Shown piece by piece: positions 1 through 8,570 of a stretch of 64,000 bases of DNA. Source of the stretch: Armatimonadota bacterium (GTDB taxonomy: Bacteria > Armatimonadota > UBA5829 > DTLH01); assembly GCA_038207085.1 (NCBI GenBank), contig JBBRAE010000012.1, forward strand, positions 1 to 64,000, given 5' to 3'. Position 1 is the stretch's first letter. The number at the start of each line of letters is the position of its first letter. The notes under the pieces were generated by a model, which was given only the letters and a program-made list of their open reading frames with translations, was not told the DNA's origin and did not search any database. The position numbers and the translations under genes are program-made.

Positions 1-153
1 ATCGCACCGAGCCGTGCAACACTCGGATCGAGGCCACCGACCACATCATCGTAGTCGGTGTTCCCCGCAAAGAAGAAACCAGTATGGGCGTATTAATGAA
101 CTCTCAGAATACTGAGGGAGGCCTAATATGAACCGTATTGGGGCTAGCCACCA

Positions 154-273
154 GATCGTGCCATGTCTCCAGACGCGGCACGCACATTTGAGGGGTCTCC
201 TGACCCCGATCCATTCGTGCGGGGTCAGAGACCCTGAGAATGTCCGCACCGGTTCTGAAGAACCGGCGCGATC
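154..273. repeat. ~120-bp composite palindromic (REP/REPIN-like) element, copy A
   Basis: Near-identical reverse-complement copy at 33485-33606; made of GATC-footed hairpins. Confidence 0.9.
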
Positions 274-298
274 GATCAATCGTAGCGCGATCAAACGC

Positions 299-1975
299 TT
301 ATAGTCTAGTCCTGTAAAACGCCCTGAGCGCCTTTTGATACTCAACTCCTCCGGTGCTCGCTCCCTGATAATCGTAGGTCAGGTCGAACGATGACTTTTG
401 ACTTAGTCTGTAAGAAAGCCTTGCAGAGATGCCTTTGTTCGACTGTCCGAGGATCTCTGCAAGGAGCGGGTCCCATTGTTTTGACCTGTTGAAGTTGTAA
501 CGGAGCGTCAGGTTGCTCTGACTCGACGGCTCCCAGCGCAGGTCGACGGTCGGCGCTAGGTACTGCGAGATCGTCGTGCCACCTGTCACGTAGTAGTTTG
601 CGGTCGCATTAAGGCCGATGGTAGAGGACGGGGTCCAGGCGAGGTCGAAATCCGCCGACTGCGTGCTCTGTCTGCCTGCCGAAAAGCCTGTCTGATTGAT
701 GCCGTTCCACCTGTAGCCGAGACCCATCGTCATGTCCGACCGGCTCCGGTTGCGGGCCATCAGGCCGAGATATTTGCTCTTGTAGCCGCTCTCGCCGCCT
801 GCAGAGTCCGACCAGCCGGCGTCTATATTGATATCTGTGTCGATGCTAAGGGGCGTCCGAAACGACATGTAGGTGTTCTTTTGGGTCGAACCCGTTTGCC
901 CCTCGCTTGCGAAGCTTGACTGGTTCCAGCCCAGCGTCGCGAAGGTGTCGGGGGTGAGCGACGCACCAAGCGAGACTGAGCTGTTTTTGTTTTGGGATGT
1001 GTAGAGGTCGCCACGGTCGTTTGTGACCAGGTCGGTGACCGAGAGCGAGAGCCCGGGGAGTATCTCACTTCTAAGTGAAAGCGTCGTGCTGTCGGACTTG
1101 GAGCTTGAGTCGACGAGCCCGCTTGATTGGTCACTTGAAAAGTATGAACGGTCAAGACTCATTATTACCGAGCGTGTGGGAACGGCGGTCAAGCGGAAGA
1201 CCGAGGAATTGCCGCCGAATGCCGACCCAAATCTCGCCCCGGAGGTGTTGGTCTTGTCGCGGCCTATGTCGGCTGAAAAGTTCAATCCCTCAAGAAGCTT
1301 CTGCTCAAAGTTGACGGCGGCCCGGCTTCGGACGGTCTCGGAGTGGTTCGAGCTGAACGTGCCCGAGAAATCGTAGGTCTGCCGCTGCCTGTCCCACGTG
1401 AAGCGCAGCGGCGAATACTCGTAGTACGCGCCCGAGAGCAGGGTCGTGGTCTGGTAGGTGGAGTTGTTCTCCCCAGAGGTGACGCCGCTTGTCGAGCGGC
1501 GGTACTGCATGTTGAGTGTGGGCATCGCTGACTCAGCCCAGATGAAGTTTACGTTGTAGTTGCTAGTCGTGCCGTCGGAGATCGATGTGTCGCCAAAGGA
1601 TGAGATCGCCGAGCGGTGGGAGTTGCGGTCGAGTCCACCCGTGAGCGTATAGGTGCGCTGCTGGGAGGTCATATTGAATACCATATTGCTGTTTGACTGG
1701 TCAGAGAGCCGGTCTGAGTAGTCAGATGAGTTCACAGAAAGATAGCTCTGGATGTTCGACCAGGGCGCGAGCGGCCTCCTGAAGCCGAAGTTGTAGGAGG
1801 TCTGAAACGAGCTTCTGGTGTCGGCGGCTTCGCCTTCGGGCTTGACGGTAAAGCTCTGGAACTGGGTCTGAAGCTGCAGGTCGAGCGCGCGGGCGACCGG
1901 CTCCAGAGCGATCTGCAATAGCAGTGTCGCCGAAACCAGGAGAGCAGCGCGTCTCATGCGAACGTCCGGCCTCAT
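299..1975 (-). CDS. Putative large outer-membrane beta-barrel (porin-like) protein
   Basis: Start re-called at ATG 1975 (MRPDVRMRRAALL...) with GGAG upstream; signal peptide; Ser/Thr/Gly/aromatic-rich alternating strands; C-terminal RAFYRTRL resembles a beta-signal; last gene of the cytochrome operon. Confidence 0.7.
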   Translation of the reverse strand: MRPDVRMRRAALLVSATLLLQIALEPVARALDLQLQTQFQSFTVKPEGEAADTRSSFQTSYNFGFRRPLAPWSNIQSYLSVNSSDYSDRLSDQSNSNMVFNMTSQQRTYTLTGGLDRNSHRSAISSFGDTSISDGTTSNYNVNFIWAESAMPTLNMQYRRSTSGVTSGENNSTYQTTTLLSGAYYEYSPLRFTWDRQRQTYDFSGTFSSNHSETVRSRAAVNFEQKLLEGLNFSADIGRDKTNTSGARFGSAFGGNSSVFRLTAVPTRSVIMSLDRSYFSSDQSSGLVDSSSKSDSTTLSLRSEILPGLSLSVTDLVTNDRGDLYTSQNKNSSVSLGASLTPDTFATLGWNQSSFASEGQTGSTQKNTYMSFRTPLSIDTDINIDAGWSDSAGGESGYKSKYLGLMARNRSRSDMTMGLGYRWNGINQTGFSAGRQSTQSADFDLAWTPSSTIGLNATANYYVTGGTTISQYLAPTVDLRWEPSSQSNLTLRYNFNRSKQWDPLLAEILGQSNKGISARLSYRLSQKSSFDLTYDYQGASTGGVEYQKALRAFYRTRL

Positions 1976-1983
1976 AAGCGCCC

Positions 1984-3453
1984 CTACTCCGGCCCCGCCG
2001 TATAGGTCTTGCGGCTGTGGCAGGTGGGCTGGCAGCTGCCGGGCGTGTAGGAGACAATGAGGGTGCCGTTCATAAATCCCGGCACGGTGTTGGTGCCGTG
2101 GGTGCTTCCCGGCGAGATGCTCCCCGCGCCGGGGTTCACGCTTCCTCCGTGGCATTGCCTGCAGCCGATGCGTTTGTCGACGACGTGCTTGTAGTGGCTC
2201 GACGCCTCACTTCTGGTCGTCTGCGTGTCGAACCTGCTGCCGGTCTCGGCGTTACCTGGCTCGGCGGGCGCGTAGACGGAGGCCTTGTGGCACTTCAGGC
2301 AGAGTGCGTTATCGCTGGTCGAGGTCGATGCGATCAGGACGTAGGGCTTGGTCGAGCCATGCGGACCTGCGGGGTCGTTTGGGATTTCCGACGCGTGGCA
2401 GTCGCTGCAGCTCATCAGTTTGTGGCCTGAGATATCGGCCCAGGGCGACTCCATCGTCCGGACGAAGCCGTTGGCCGCGGTCGGGATCGTGTAGGAGTTG
2501 TTCTTGATCTGCGCGGTCACGGGATGGTACGACGCGTTGTTCGGATTGAACTCAACCGACTGATCGGTTTCGACTCCACCCGAAGGCGCACTTGGAGGCG
2601 ACGCGCTGAATGCCCACGAACTGTGGCACTTGAAGCAGAGCTCGTACTCGTAGCGAATGTCTGTGAGGTAGTTCCCGGCCCTGGGCGCGAATGCGGGAGG
2701 GACTCCGGGCGAACCGCCGTAGGTTGTTTCGACCCAGGAGACGCCTTTGATCGCGTCAGAGGCGGCGTTTGTCCCGGGTGTGTGGACGCCCGTTGCGCCG
2801 ATGCGGTGGACGTTGTGGCAGTCGGCGCACTCGACGTGCCGGCTGGCCGATGAATAGCTCGATGGAATCATCGCCTCGTGTGCCGAGTGCCTGCGGGCGA
2901 GCCCGGAGTTGTCGAATGCGTGGTCGTAGAGCTTGGTCACCTGTCGTTTGATGTCGTTGGTCGATGGCCCGCTTGAATCGTGGCATGCGAGGCAGAGACC
3001 CTCTTCGCGCGACACGGTGAGTGACGGGACCAGGCCGAACGAGTCCGACGCGCCGTGGGGGTCGTGGCAGTTCGCGCAGTTGCCGAAATCTGATGCGGGT
3101 CTGGCAGCGGGAGCCGAGCCCGGCCACCAGGCAAACGGCGACGTGTTGTGCACGGAGACCTCGTATACCCCCTGGCCCGCGTACGTCCCCGATGCCGAAG
3201 TGTGGCAGATGAAGCAGAGCGCGTTTTTGTTCCCGCCGTAGTTGTCGGCGAACAGGCCGAAGCTGTTGCCCGGCTGGCCGTGCTGACTATGGCACTGGGC
3301 GCAGTTGCCACGGGGCAGAGCCGAGTCCCGCAGGACGCCCGACAACGCGCTGCCGTGCGCGCTTGTGTGGTAGACCCCGCCGCAGATTGCCGACGATGTC
3401 GCAAGCGCCAGTGCCGCTATGATGAAGCTGATTGGTACTATTTTCCGTGACAC
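1984..3453 (-). CDS. Secreted multiheme c-type cytochrome (9 CXXCH + 1 CX3CH)
   Basis: GTG start at 3453 (VSRKIVPISF... signal peptide); motifs CAQCH, CFICH, CANCH, CLACH, CADCH, CFKCH, CSDCH, CLKCH, CRQCH, CQPTCH. Confidence 0.92.
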   Translation of the reverse strand: MSRKIVPISFIIAALALATSSAICGGVYHTSAHGSALSGVLRDSALPRGNCAQCHSQHGQPGNSFGLFADNYGGNKNALCFICHTSASGTYAGQGVYEVSVHNTSPFAWWPGSAPAARPASDFGNCANCHDPHGASDSFGLVPSLTVSREEGLCLACHDSSGPSTNDIKRQVTKLYDHAFDNSGLARRHSAHEAMIPSSYSSASRHVECADCHNVHRIGATGVHTPGTNAASDAIKGVSWVETTYGGSPGVPPAFAPRAGNYLTDIRYEYELCFKCHSSWAFSASPPSAPSGGVETDQSVEFNPNNASYHPVTAQIKNNSYTIPTAANGFVRTMESPWADISGHKLMSCSDCHASEIPNDPAGPHGSTKPYVLIASTSTSDNALCLKCHKASVYAPAEPGNAETGSRFDTQTTRSEASSHYKHVVDKRIGCRQCHGGSVNPGAGSISPGSTHGTNTVPGFMNGTLIVSYTPGSCQPTCHSRKTYTAGPE

Positions 3454-4439
3454 TGTTGGCACCCCGCATTTCCGTCGTTTGCGTCGGTTTTGTACGGCCA
3501 GATGAGGCCGTGGCGGTAGCTGCTGCCGTGCGCTTTGTGGCAGGACAAGCAGGATACTGTGTCGCCGGGAGATGTGAAAGTGTTCGAGCCCGTTGGGCTG
3601 CCAAACCGAAGCCTCGGGATTCCTGGGACGCCGTCGCCTATGCCTGTACCGAAGCCACTCGCGTCGGAGATCGTCCCCGTGAGCCAGTTGGAAAGCGACG
3701 TGTGGCTGCCGCTTCCGCCTATGGCGACCTCGCTGGGGTGCGCGGAGAAGTGGGCGGGCGCGGTTGATTGGGCGTCCTGTGCGAGCTGGTCGTGGCAGTC
3801 CGTGCACCATCCACGGACGTTTCCGACGGCGTAAAAGCTGACATTTTCAGTGTTGTAGGCAGCCGATGGGTTCGGATTCGCAGCGTTTACGGCGATCGCC
3901 TCGGCTACGTTTGTCCCAAGGGTGATCGGGAAGCTTCCAGCGTGGCCGGGGTTCGGGTCGCTTACGAGATTTCGGTAATTTGTCGAGCCGTGGGTGTCGT
4001 GGCAGTCGGAGCACGAGAGGCCCGCGGGCTTGCTGTAGCCACTGGAAAGCGGCGCTGTAGCCGGGCCTGCGAGGCTGTGGCCCGTGCCGCCCATCGCAAC
4101 GGTGGTGTCGCCCTGAAATACTCCCGCGCTTGAGCCGTATTTGCTTGTGTACGGCGTGGAAACAACCGAGCTTGGGGCGGCGGAGGAGCCATTTGAGACG
4201 ATATCGGGGGCGCTTGGGTCGGTCCCGTCGTGGCAGGACAGGCAGAGCGGCACTTGCTCGGATTGCTTCAGGAGAAACTCGCTTGGCTCTTGGGCCTGTC
4301 CCTGCTTGGAGGCGTGCATGACGTGGCAGTCCGAGCAAACCATCCCCGCCCCGGCGTGATGATATTCACCAGCCAACACAGGAACCGCCAGAGCCGCCAA
4401 GCCAATCAGCAAGATTTTGAACTTAACACCCAATACCAA
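3438..4439 (-). CDS. Hexaheme c-type cytochrome, OmcS-like
   Basis: Signal peptide; six CXXCH (CSDCH, CLSCH, CSDCH, CTDCH, CLSCH, CQQCH); motif contexts match my recollection of Geobacter OmcS. Confidence 0.88.
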   Translation of the reverse strand: MVLGVKFKILLIGLAALAVPVLAGEYHHAGAGMVCSDCHVMHASKQGQAQEPSEFLLKQSEQVPLCLSCHDGTDPSAPDIVSNGSSAAPSSVVSTPYTSKYGSSAGVFQGDTTVAMGGTGHSLAGPATAPLSSGYSKPAGLSCSDCHDTHGSTNYRNLVSDPNPGHAGSFPITLGTNVAEAIAVNAANPNPSAAYNTENVSFYAVGNVRGWCTDCHDQLAQDAQSTAPAHFSAHPSEVAIGGSGSHTSLSNWLTGTISDASGFGTGIGDGVPGIPRLRFGSPTGSNTFTSPGDTVSCLSCHKAHGSSYRHGLIWPYKTDANDGNAGCQQCHGK

Positions 4440-4451
4440 GCACCTGATCCT

Positions 4452-5384
4452 CTATGGTCGATCAAACTGCTGAAACGGCTTGTCCAGGTCGAACACCTGG
4501 AACCTGCGCAGTCCGCGCTCGAGCACGTAGGCCCGACCAGAGCTGTCGAGCTTGATTCGGAACGGGTAGAAGAACGACCCTTCGCCCATCCCGTAGTCGC
4601 CGAAACTGGTTAGGAAAAACCCGAGCCGGTCGAAGATTCTCACCTTGTGCGCCGCCGAATCGACCACCCAGAGCTGATCGAACCGGTCGATTGCGATACC
4701 CGCAGGCCCCACAAAGTCGCCCGCCATCTCCCCGCGCGAACCGAATCGGTAGATCAGCTTGCCGACTCGGTCGAACACCTGCACCGGAGCGCCTGTGGCG
4801 TCGGTCACATAGGTGCGGCCCTGGCGGTCGATGGCGATGTCTTCGATCGCCTGAAACTGCCCACGCGCCGACCCACGCAGGCCAAACGAGAGTCTAAGCT
4901 TGCCACCTTTGTCCAGGATAAGCACCCTTTGGCCGTCGGTGTCGGTCAGATAGAGTTCACCCGCACGATCGATGGTCATGCGACCGACTACGGTGTCCTT
5001 ACCGGCCTCGGCGCGGATGTCGATCACTCGAACGAGCTTGTTTGAGCGGTCGAGCACCTTGATCTTCTGATCTTTGGACTCTACCACGTAGAGCAGGCCA
5101 TCGCTGTCGACGGCAATTGCGGCGGGCGACTCGATGAGTTCGGGCTTGCCGATCTCAAACTTCGCTATCCCCTGCCGGTTGAAGGCATAAATAATCCCAT
5201 CGCCTGAGTCACAGACAAAGACGAGGTTGTGCGCATCGTCTACGGCCAGATCAGAGACCTTGTTGAACTTGGTCCCGCCGCGGAAGCCGTTGACGGAGTA
5301 CAAGAGGCTGATCCTGCTCGTCGCGGTGAATGCGGCGGAGCAGGCTAACATCATTATCAAGACCAGGATAACGGGTTTTCTCAT
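4452..5384 (-). CDS. NHL-repeat beta-propeller protein, secreted
   Basis: Signal peptide; repeated F..P.GIAID..G.LYV.D....RVQVFD..G motifs. Confidence 0.92.
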   Translation of the reverse strand: MRKPVILVLIMMLACSAAFTATSRISLLYSVNGFRGGTKFNKVSDLAVDDAHNLVFVCDSGDGIIYAFNRQGIAKFEIGKPELIESPAAIAVDSDGLLYVVESKDQKIKVLDRSNKLVRVIDIRAEAGKDTVVGRMTIDRAGELYLTDTDGQRVLILDKGGKLRLSFGLRGSARGQFQAIEDIAIDRQGRTYVTDATGAPVQVFDRVGKLIYRFGSRGEMAGDFVGPAGIAIDRFDQLWVVDSAAHKVRIFDRLGFFLTSFGDYGMGEGSFFYPFRIKLDSSGRAYVLERGLRRFQVFDLDKPFQQFDRP

Positions 5385-5396
5385 AATTGTTGGATA

Positions 5397-7466
5397 TTAG
5401 AACTTAAGCTCTCGGACAACCACATTCATGTCGTCCCCAGCAAAGCTGACGCAGGCGAGTTTGCCGCCGCCGATGCTCCCAAATGCGGCGGGGCCTTGAA
5501 GCACCACAAAGCTCTTGCCGCCTGTCGCCGGGACGATGGCGACTGATGCGCCGTAGACGCACGATGTGTAAATCACCCACTTGCCGTCGGGCGTGTAGCA
5601 GGGCGCGGCGGAGAGTTCTCGGAGCGAGCGACCGTACTCGGACTCGACTTGTTCGGATATGAGTTTGTCGGTCTCGCCGGTGGTAGTATCGGCGGTCCAA
5701 ATCTCCCATGACAAGCCGCTTGGGCCGGAAATACCGATCTGAAATAGAATATTGCTGCCGTCAGGCGACCATGACGGGGTGTAAACCGCGAGCATCCCGA
5801 CTTGAATCGGAGAAATATGTGTGAGCTGACGCTCGTTCTTACCGTCGGAGTCGATTGTCCAGACCTGGTCCTCGCGCACAAATGCGACGCGTTTGCCGTC
5901 GGGTGAGACTGACGGATAGAGGTCGTTCACAGGCGCGGTGGTGCGGATCGTCTGCTCGGTCGCAACGGGGCCTGCAACGCCGAGGCCGGAGTGGACGTCC
6001 TTGGGAACAGTCGGCTCGGCGGTCTTCTGGGCAGACTCGACCTGCTTTTCGCCGCCACGGGTGACCTGCCTGGTCTCAGAGGCGGCCATATCGTAGACCG
6101 AGATACCGGCCCGACCCTCGCGCCACTCAGTGAAATATATCATCTTTGAGTCAGCCGACCAACTGAGGCCGGTTTCCCCTTTGCAGGAAAGGGTGATCGT
6201 CGCAGCGCCACCCGAAGCTCTGAATACCTGAAGAGTGGAGCCGACCGCGACGCCGATCTGTTTGCCGTCGGGCGACCAGACTACGTGCTGGCTCGCCGAA
6301 GGGTCACAGTCCAAGAGTTTCTTTCGCGCGCCGCCTTTGCTGTCGGTGATGAAAAGCGCACCCATCCCCTTGTCGAGCACCGATATCACCATCCGCTTGC
6401 CGTCGGGAGAAAGCGCCGGGGCAAACTCGCTTTTCGCGCTTGTGGTAAGGCGATGGTATCTCGCAAGGTCCGGCGAAGCGGATTTTACTACACCGTAGGG
6501 GACGCTCACGTCGGCATCGCAGGTGAAGAGGTCGATCCCCTGCGCGTCTTCGAGGCTTGCCGCAAATAGGATTTTCCTGCCGTCGGGGGAAAACGCGGGG
6601 CCAAACGCCTGAATCTCGGGGGGCGTCACCCGCACAAGCTCGCGGCCATCGACTCCGGCGACCCACAGCGCGGAGTCGGTCCGGGTTTCGGAGGCAAAGA
6701 CGAAGCGTTTGCTGTCCGGGCTCCAACTGACTGGGTTTCCGTCGTAGGACTTCACGGGAACGACCAGACGCTTGCCAGTCGCCGTCTCGATGCAGACGAT
6801 GCGGTGGTCTTCCCGGTTCGCGGGCACCGCAAAAACGAGATATTTGCCGTCCGGGGAGTAGCTCGGGCTCGCGCAAAAACCCTCGTAGAGCATGGAGATC
6901 GCTTTGGTGTCGGGTTTGACGATCCAGAGGCTCGAGCCGATCGCGCGACCGATCACAACCGCAAGCTGCTTGCCGTCCGGGCTCCAGGCGTACTGCCGGA
7001 CCAAGAAGTTGGTAGTGACACCGCGGGGGTTCGAACCGTCGCTTGCAGCTACCCAAAGGTTCCGGAACGCGCCGTCTTTGCCGTTCAGCGCATAAGCGAT
7101 CTGTGAGCCGTCCGCCGACCATACAACACCCTGAGCGCCATCGGGGATGCACGCCGTGGGGGTGTCCTGAGCGTTTGGAGCACTGGGGTCAACCCGGTAG
7201 TATCTGGGTGAGCCGCTTCGAAGAGAGACAACTCCGATCCCGGCGGACCCGGGAAGCCAGTACGGCGCGCGAGCGCCAAGCGAGGAAAGCCTGCGCGCGC
7301 CTTTGCCGTCGGCTTCCATTATCCAGACGTTTGGCACGCCGAGCGGTGAACCTGCGGCGTAGGCGATCCTCTTGCCATCAGGAGACCAGACGCCGTCCCA
7401 CCCACCCGACGCAAACGCGCACGCGCAGGCAGACATGACAGCAAGGCAGAGCAGAATTCTTCTCAT
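5397..7466 (-). CDS. TolB-like PD40-repeat beta-propeller protein, exported
   Basis: Many W/F/Y-SPDG repeats; start re-called at MRRILLCLAV (7466). Confidence 0.88.
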   Translation of the reverse strand: MRRILLCLAVMSACACAFASGGWDGVWSPDGKRIAYAAGSPLGVPNVWIMEADGKGARRLSSLGARAPYWLPGSAGIGVVSLRSGSPRYYRVDPSAPNAQDTPTACIPDGAQGVVWSADGSQIAYALNGKDGAFRNLWVAASDGSNPRGVTTNFLVRQYAWSPDGKQLAVVIGRAIGSSLWIVKPDTKAISMLYEGFCASPSYSPDGKYLVFAVPANREDHRIVCIETATGKRLVVPVKSYDGNPVSWSPDSKRFVFASETRTDSALWVAGVDGRELVRVTPPEIQAFGPAFSPDGRKILFAASLEDAQGIDLFTCDADVSVPYGVVKSASPDLARYHRLTTSAKSEFAPALSPDGKRMVISVLDKGMGALFITDSKGGARKKLLDCDPSASQHVVWSPDGKQIGVAVGSTLQVFRASGGAATITLSCKGETGLSWSADSKMIYFTEWREGRAGISVYDMAASETRQVTRGGEKQVESAQKTAEPTVPKDVHSGLGVAGPVATEQTIRTTAPVNDLYPSVSPDGKRVAFVREDQVWTIDSDGKNERQLTHISPIQVGMLAVYTPSWSPDGSNILFQIGISGPSGLSWEIWTADTTTGETDKLISEQVESEYGRSLRELSAAPCYTPDGKWVIYTSCVYGASVAIVPATGGKSFVVLQGPAAFGSIGGGKLACVSFAGDDMNVVVRELKF

Positions 7467-7652
7467 ACGCGCATTCGCTCCAAACAAAGCTATTGGCTTT
7501 CGGCGCGCCATCTGATTAGCTGACCACAAACTCATCTGCCAAAAATCCCTATATGGTGAAGTATGTCACGAAGTCATTATACTACATTACTGAAGAGTTG
7601 GGGAAATGTGAAGGGGACATCTAATGAATATTGAGTCTGAAGGGCATTGATG

Positions 7653-7680
7653 TGGAGTGCGGCGTCGATGCCGCACTCCA
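7653..7680. repeat. GC-rich hairpin (REP-like or terminator)
   Basis: TGGAGTGCGGC-gtcgat-GCCGCACTCCA perfect 11-bp stem, no clear U-tract. Confidence 0.5.
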
Positions 7681-7696
7681 AAGTTGTGTTTTGTCG

Positions 7697-8395
7697 CTAC
7701 TTGCTTGCGACGGTCTGGTTCTTCATCATCAGGGCGACGACGTCGGAACCACGTTTTGCGGTGAAATCCGCGTTTATGCTGAAGCCTTTCTTCACAAACA
7801 GGGCCTTGAATCCCACCTTCAGCTTCTGGCTGATAGAAAGGGCACCGTTCTTCATGGTCCAAGAACTCAGGGACTTGTCCACCTTGCCGTTCTTGCCAAC
7901 GCCAAAGGGCAGACCACTTACGCTGATCTTACCCTTGCCCTGGCCGGAGATCGTTCCGCCTGAGGCTGTGAGGGTTTCAGACATGTTGTGCTTCTGGTCC
8001 TTCGGCTTCTTGTCGACCATCACCTGACCGGACCCGGTGATGTTGTTGGTGGCGGTGCCGTCGGGCTTGATGGTTGTGGTCATCCCGGATATGCCGATCT
8101 TGATCGGGGCGCCGGTCTTCTGATCGAGCCGGTAGTAGTCAAACTTGGTATCAAACGTGTTGGCATCGACCTGCTTGATCACAGCGTGGAAGTACTTGTT
8201 CTCAGCCTGCTGACCGTCGGTGCTCTGCGCGCAGGTGCCGATCCACTCGCCTGTCAGACTGCGGAAGAAGCTCTGCATCGCAGTAGCAGACGGGGACGCG
8301 GGCTGGGCAAAGCTCACAGCCGCAATAGCTAATACAAGGCCGACTGCCGCAGCCATAACAATTGGGATTCTCTTTACTGTTGTGAAATGAAGCAT
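7697..8395 (-). CDS. Hypothetical secreted beta-rich protein
   Basis: 232-aa ORF, signal peptide, GGAGG RBS upstream. Confidence 0.8.
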   Translation of the reverse strand: MLHFTTVKRIPIVMAAAVGLVLAIAAVSFAQPASPSATAMQSFFRSLTGEWIGTCAQSTDGQQAENKYFHAVIKQVDANTFDTKFDYYRLDQKTGAPIKIGISGMTTTIKPDGTATNNITGSGQVMVDKKPKDQKHNMSETLTASGGTISGQGKGKISVSGLPFGVGKNGKVDKSLSSWTMKNGALSISQKLKVGFKALFVKKGFSINADFTAKRGSDVVALMMKNQTVASK

Positions 8396-8570
8396 AAATT
8401 CGCCTCCGTGTTTTGTTGCACATCAATATAGACGTGTACAACCCACCCCCTGGTTCCCGCTCGCACGCTAAAATAGTCTGTGAATGCCCAGTTCGGCATA
8501 AAATAAAACATATTTCTGCTATTTTTCATAATATTGGACCATTATACTGACCCGACTCATTGTTCTGCGA

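Noticed and set aside
1..50. Possible start of a minus-strand gene running off the left edge
   Set aside because: Too little sequence to support a call
46..345. 99-aa minus-strand ORF, and similar ORFs at 33387-33758
   Set aside because: They run through the palindromic repeat element and show no protein-like features
1976..2155. N-terminal extensions of ORF-track calls (299..2155, 1984..3810, 14924..16555, 17060..17902, 57412..58779, 58940..59548)
   Set aside because: Extensions overlap neighbouring genes or lie upstream of clear signal peptides and RBS; starts were re-called
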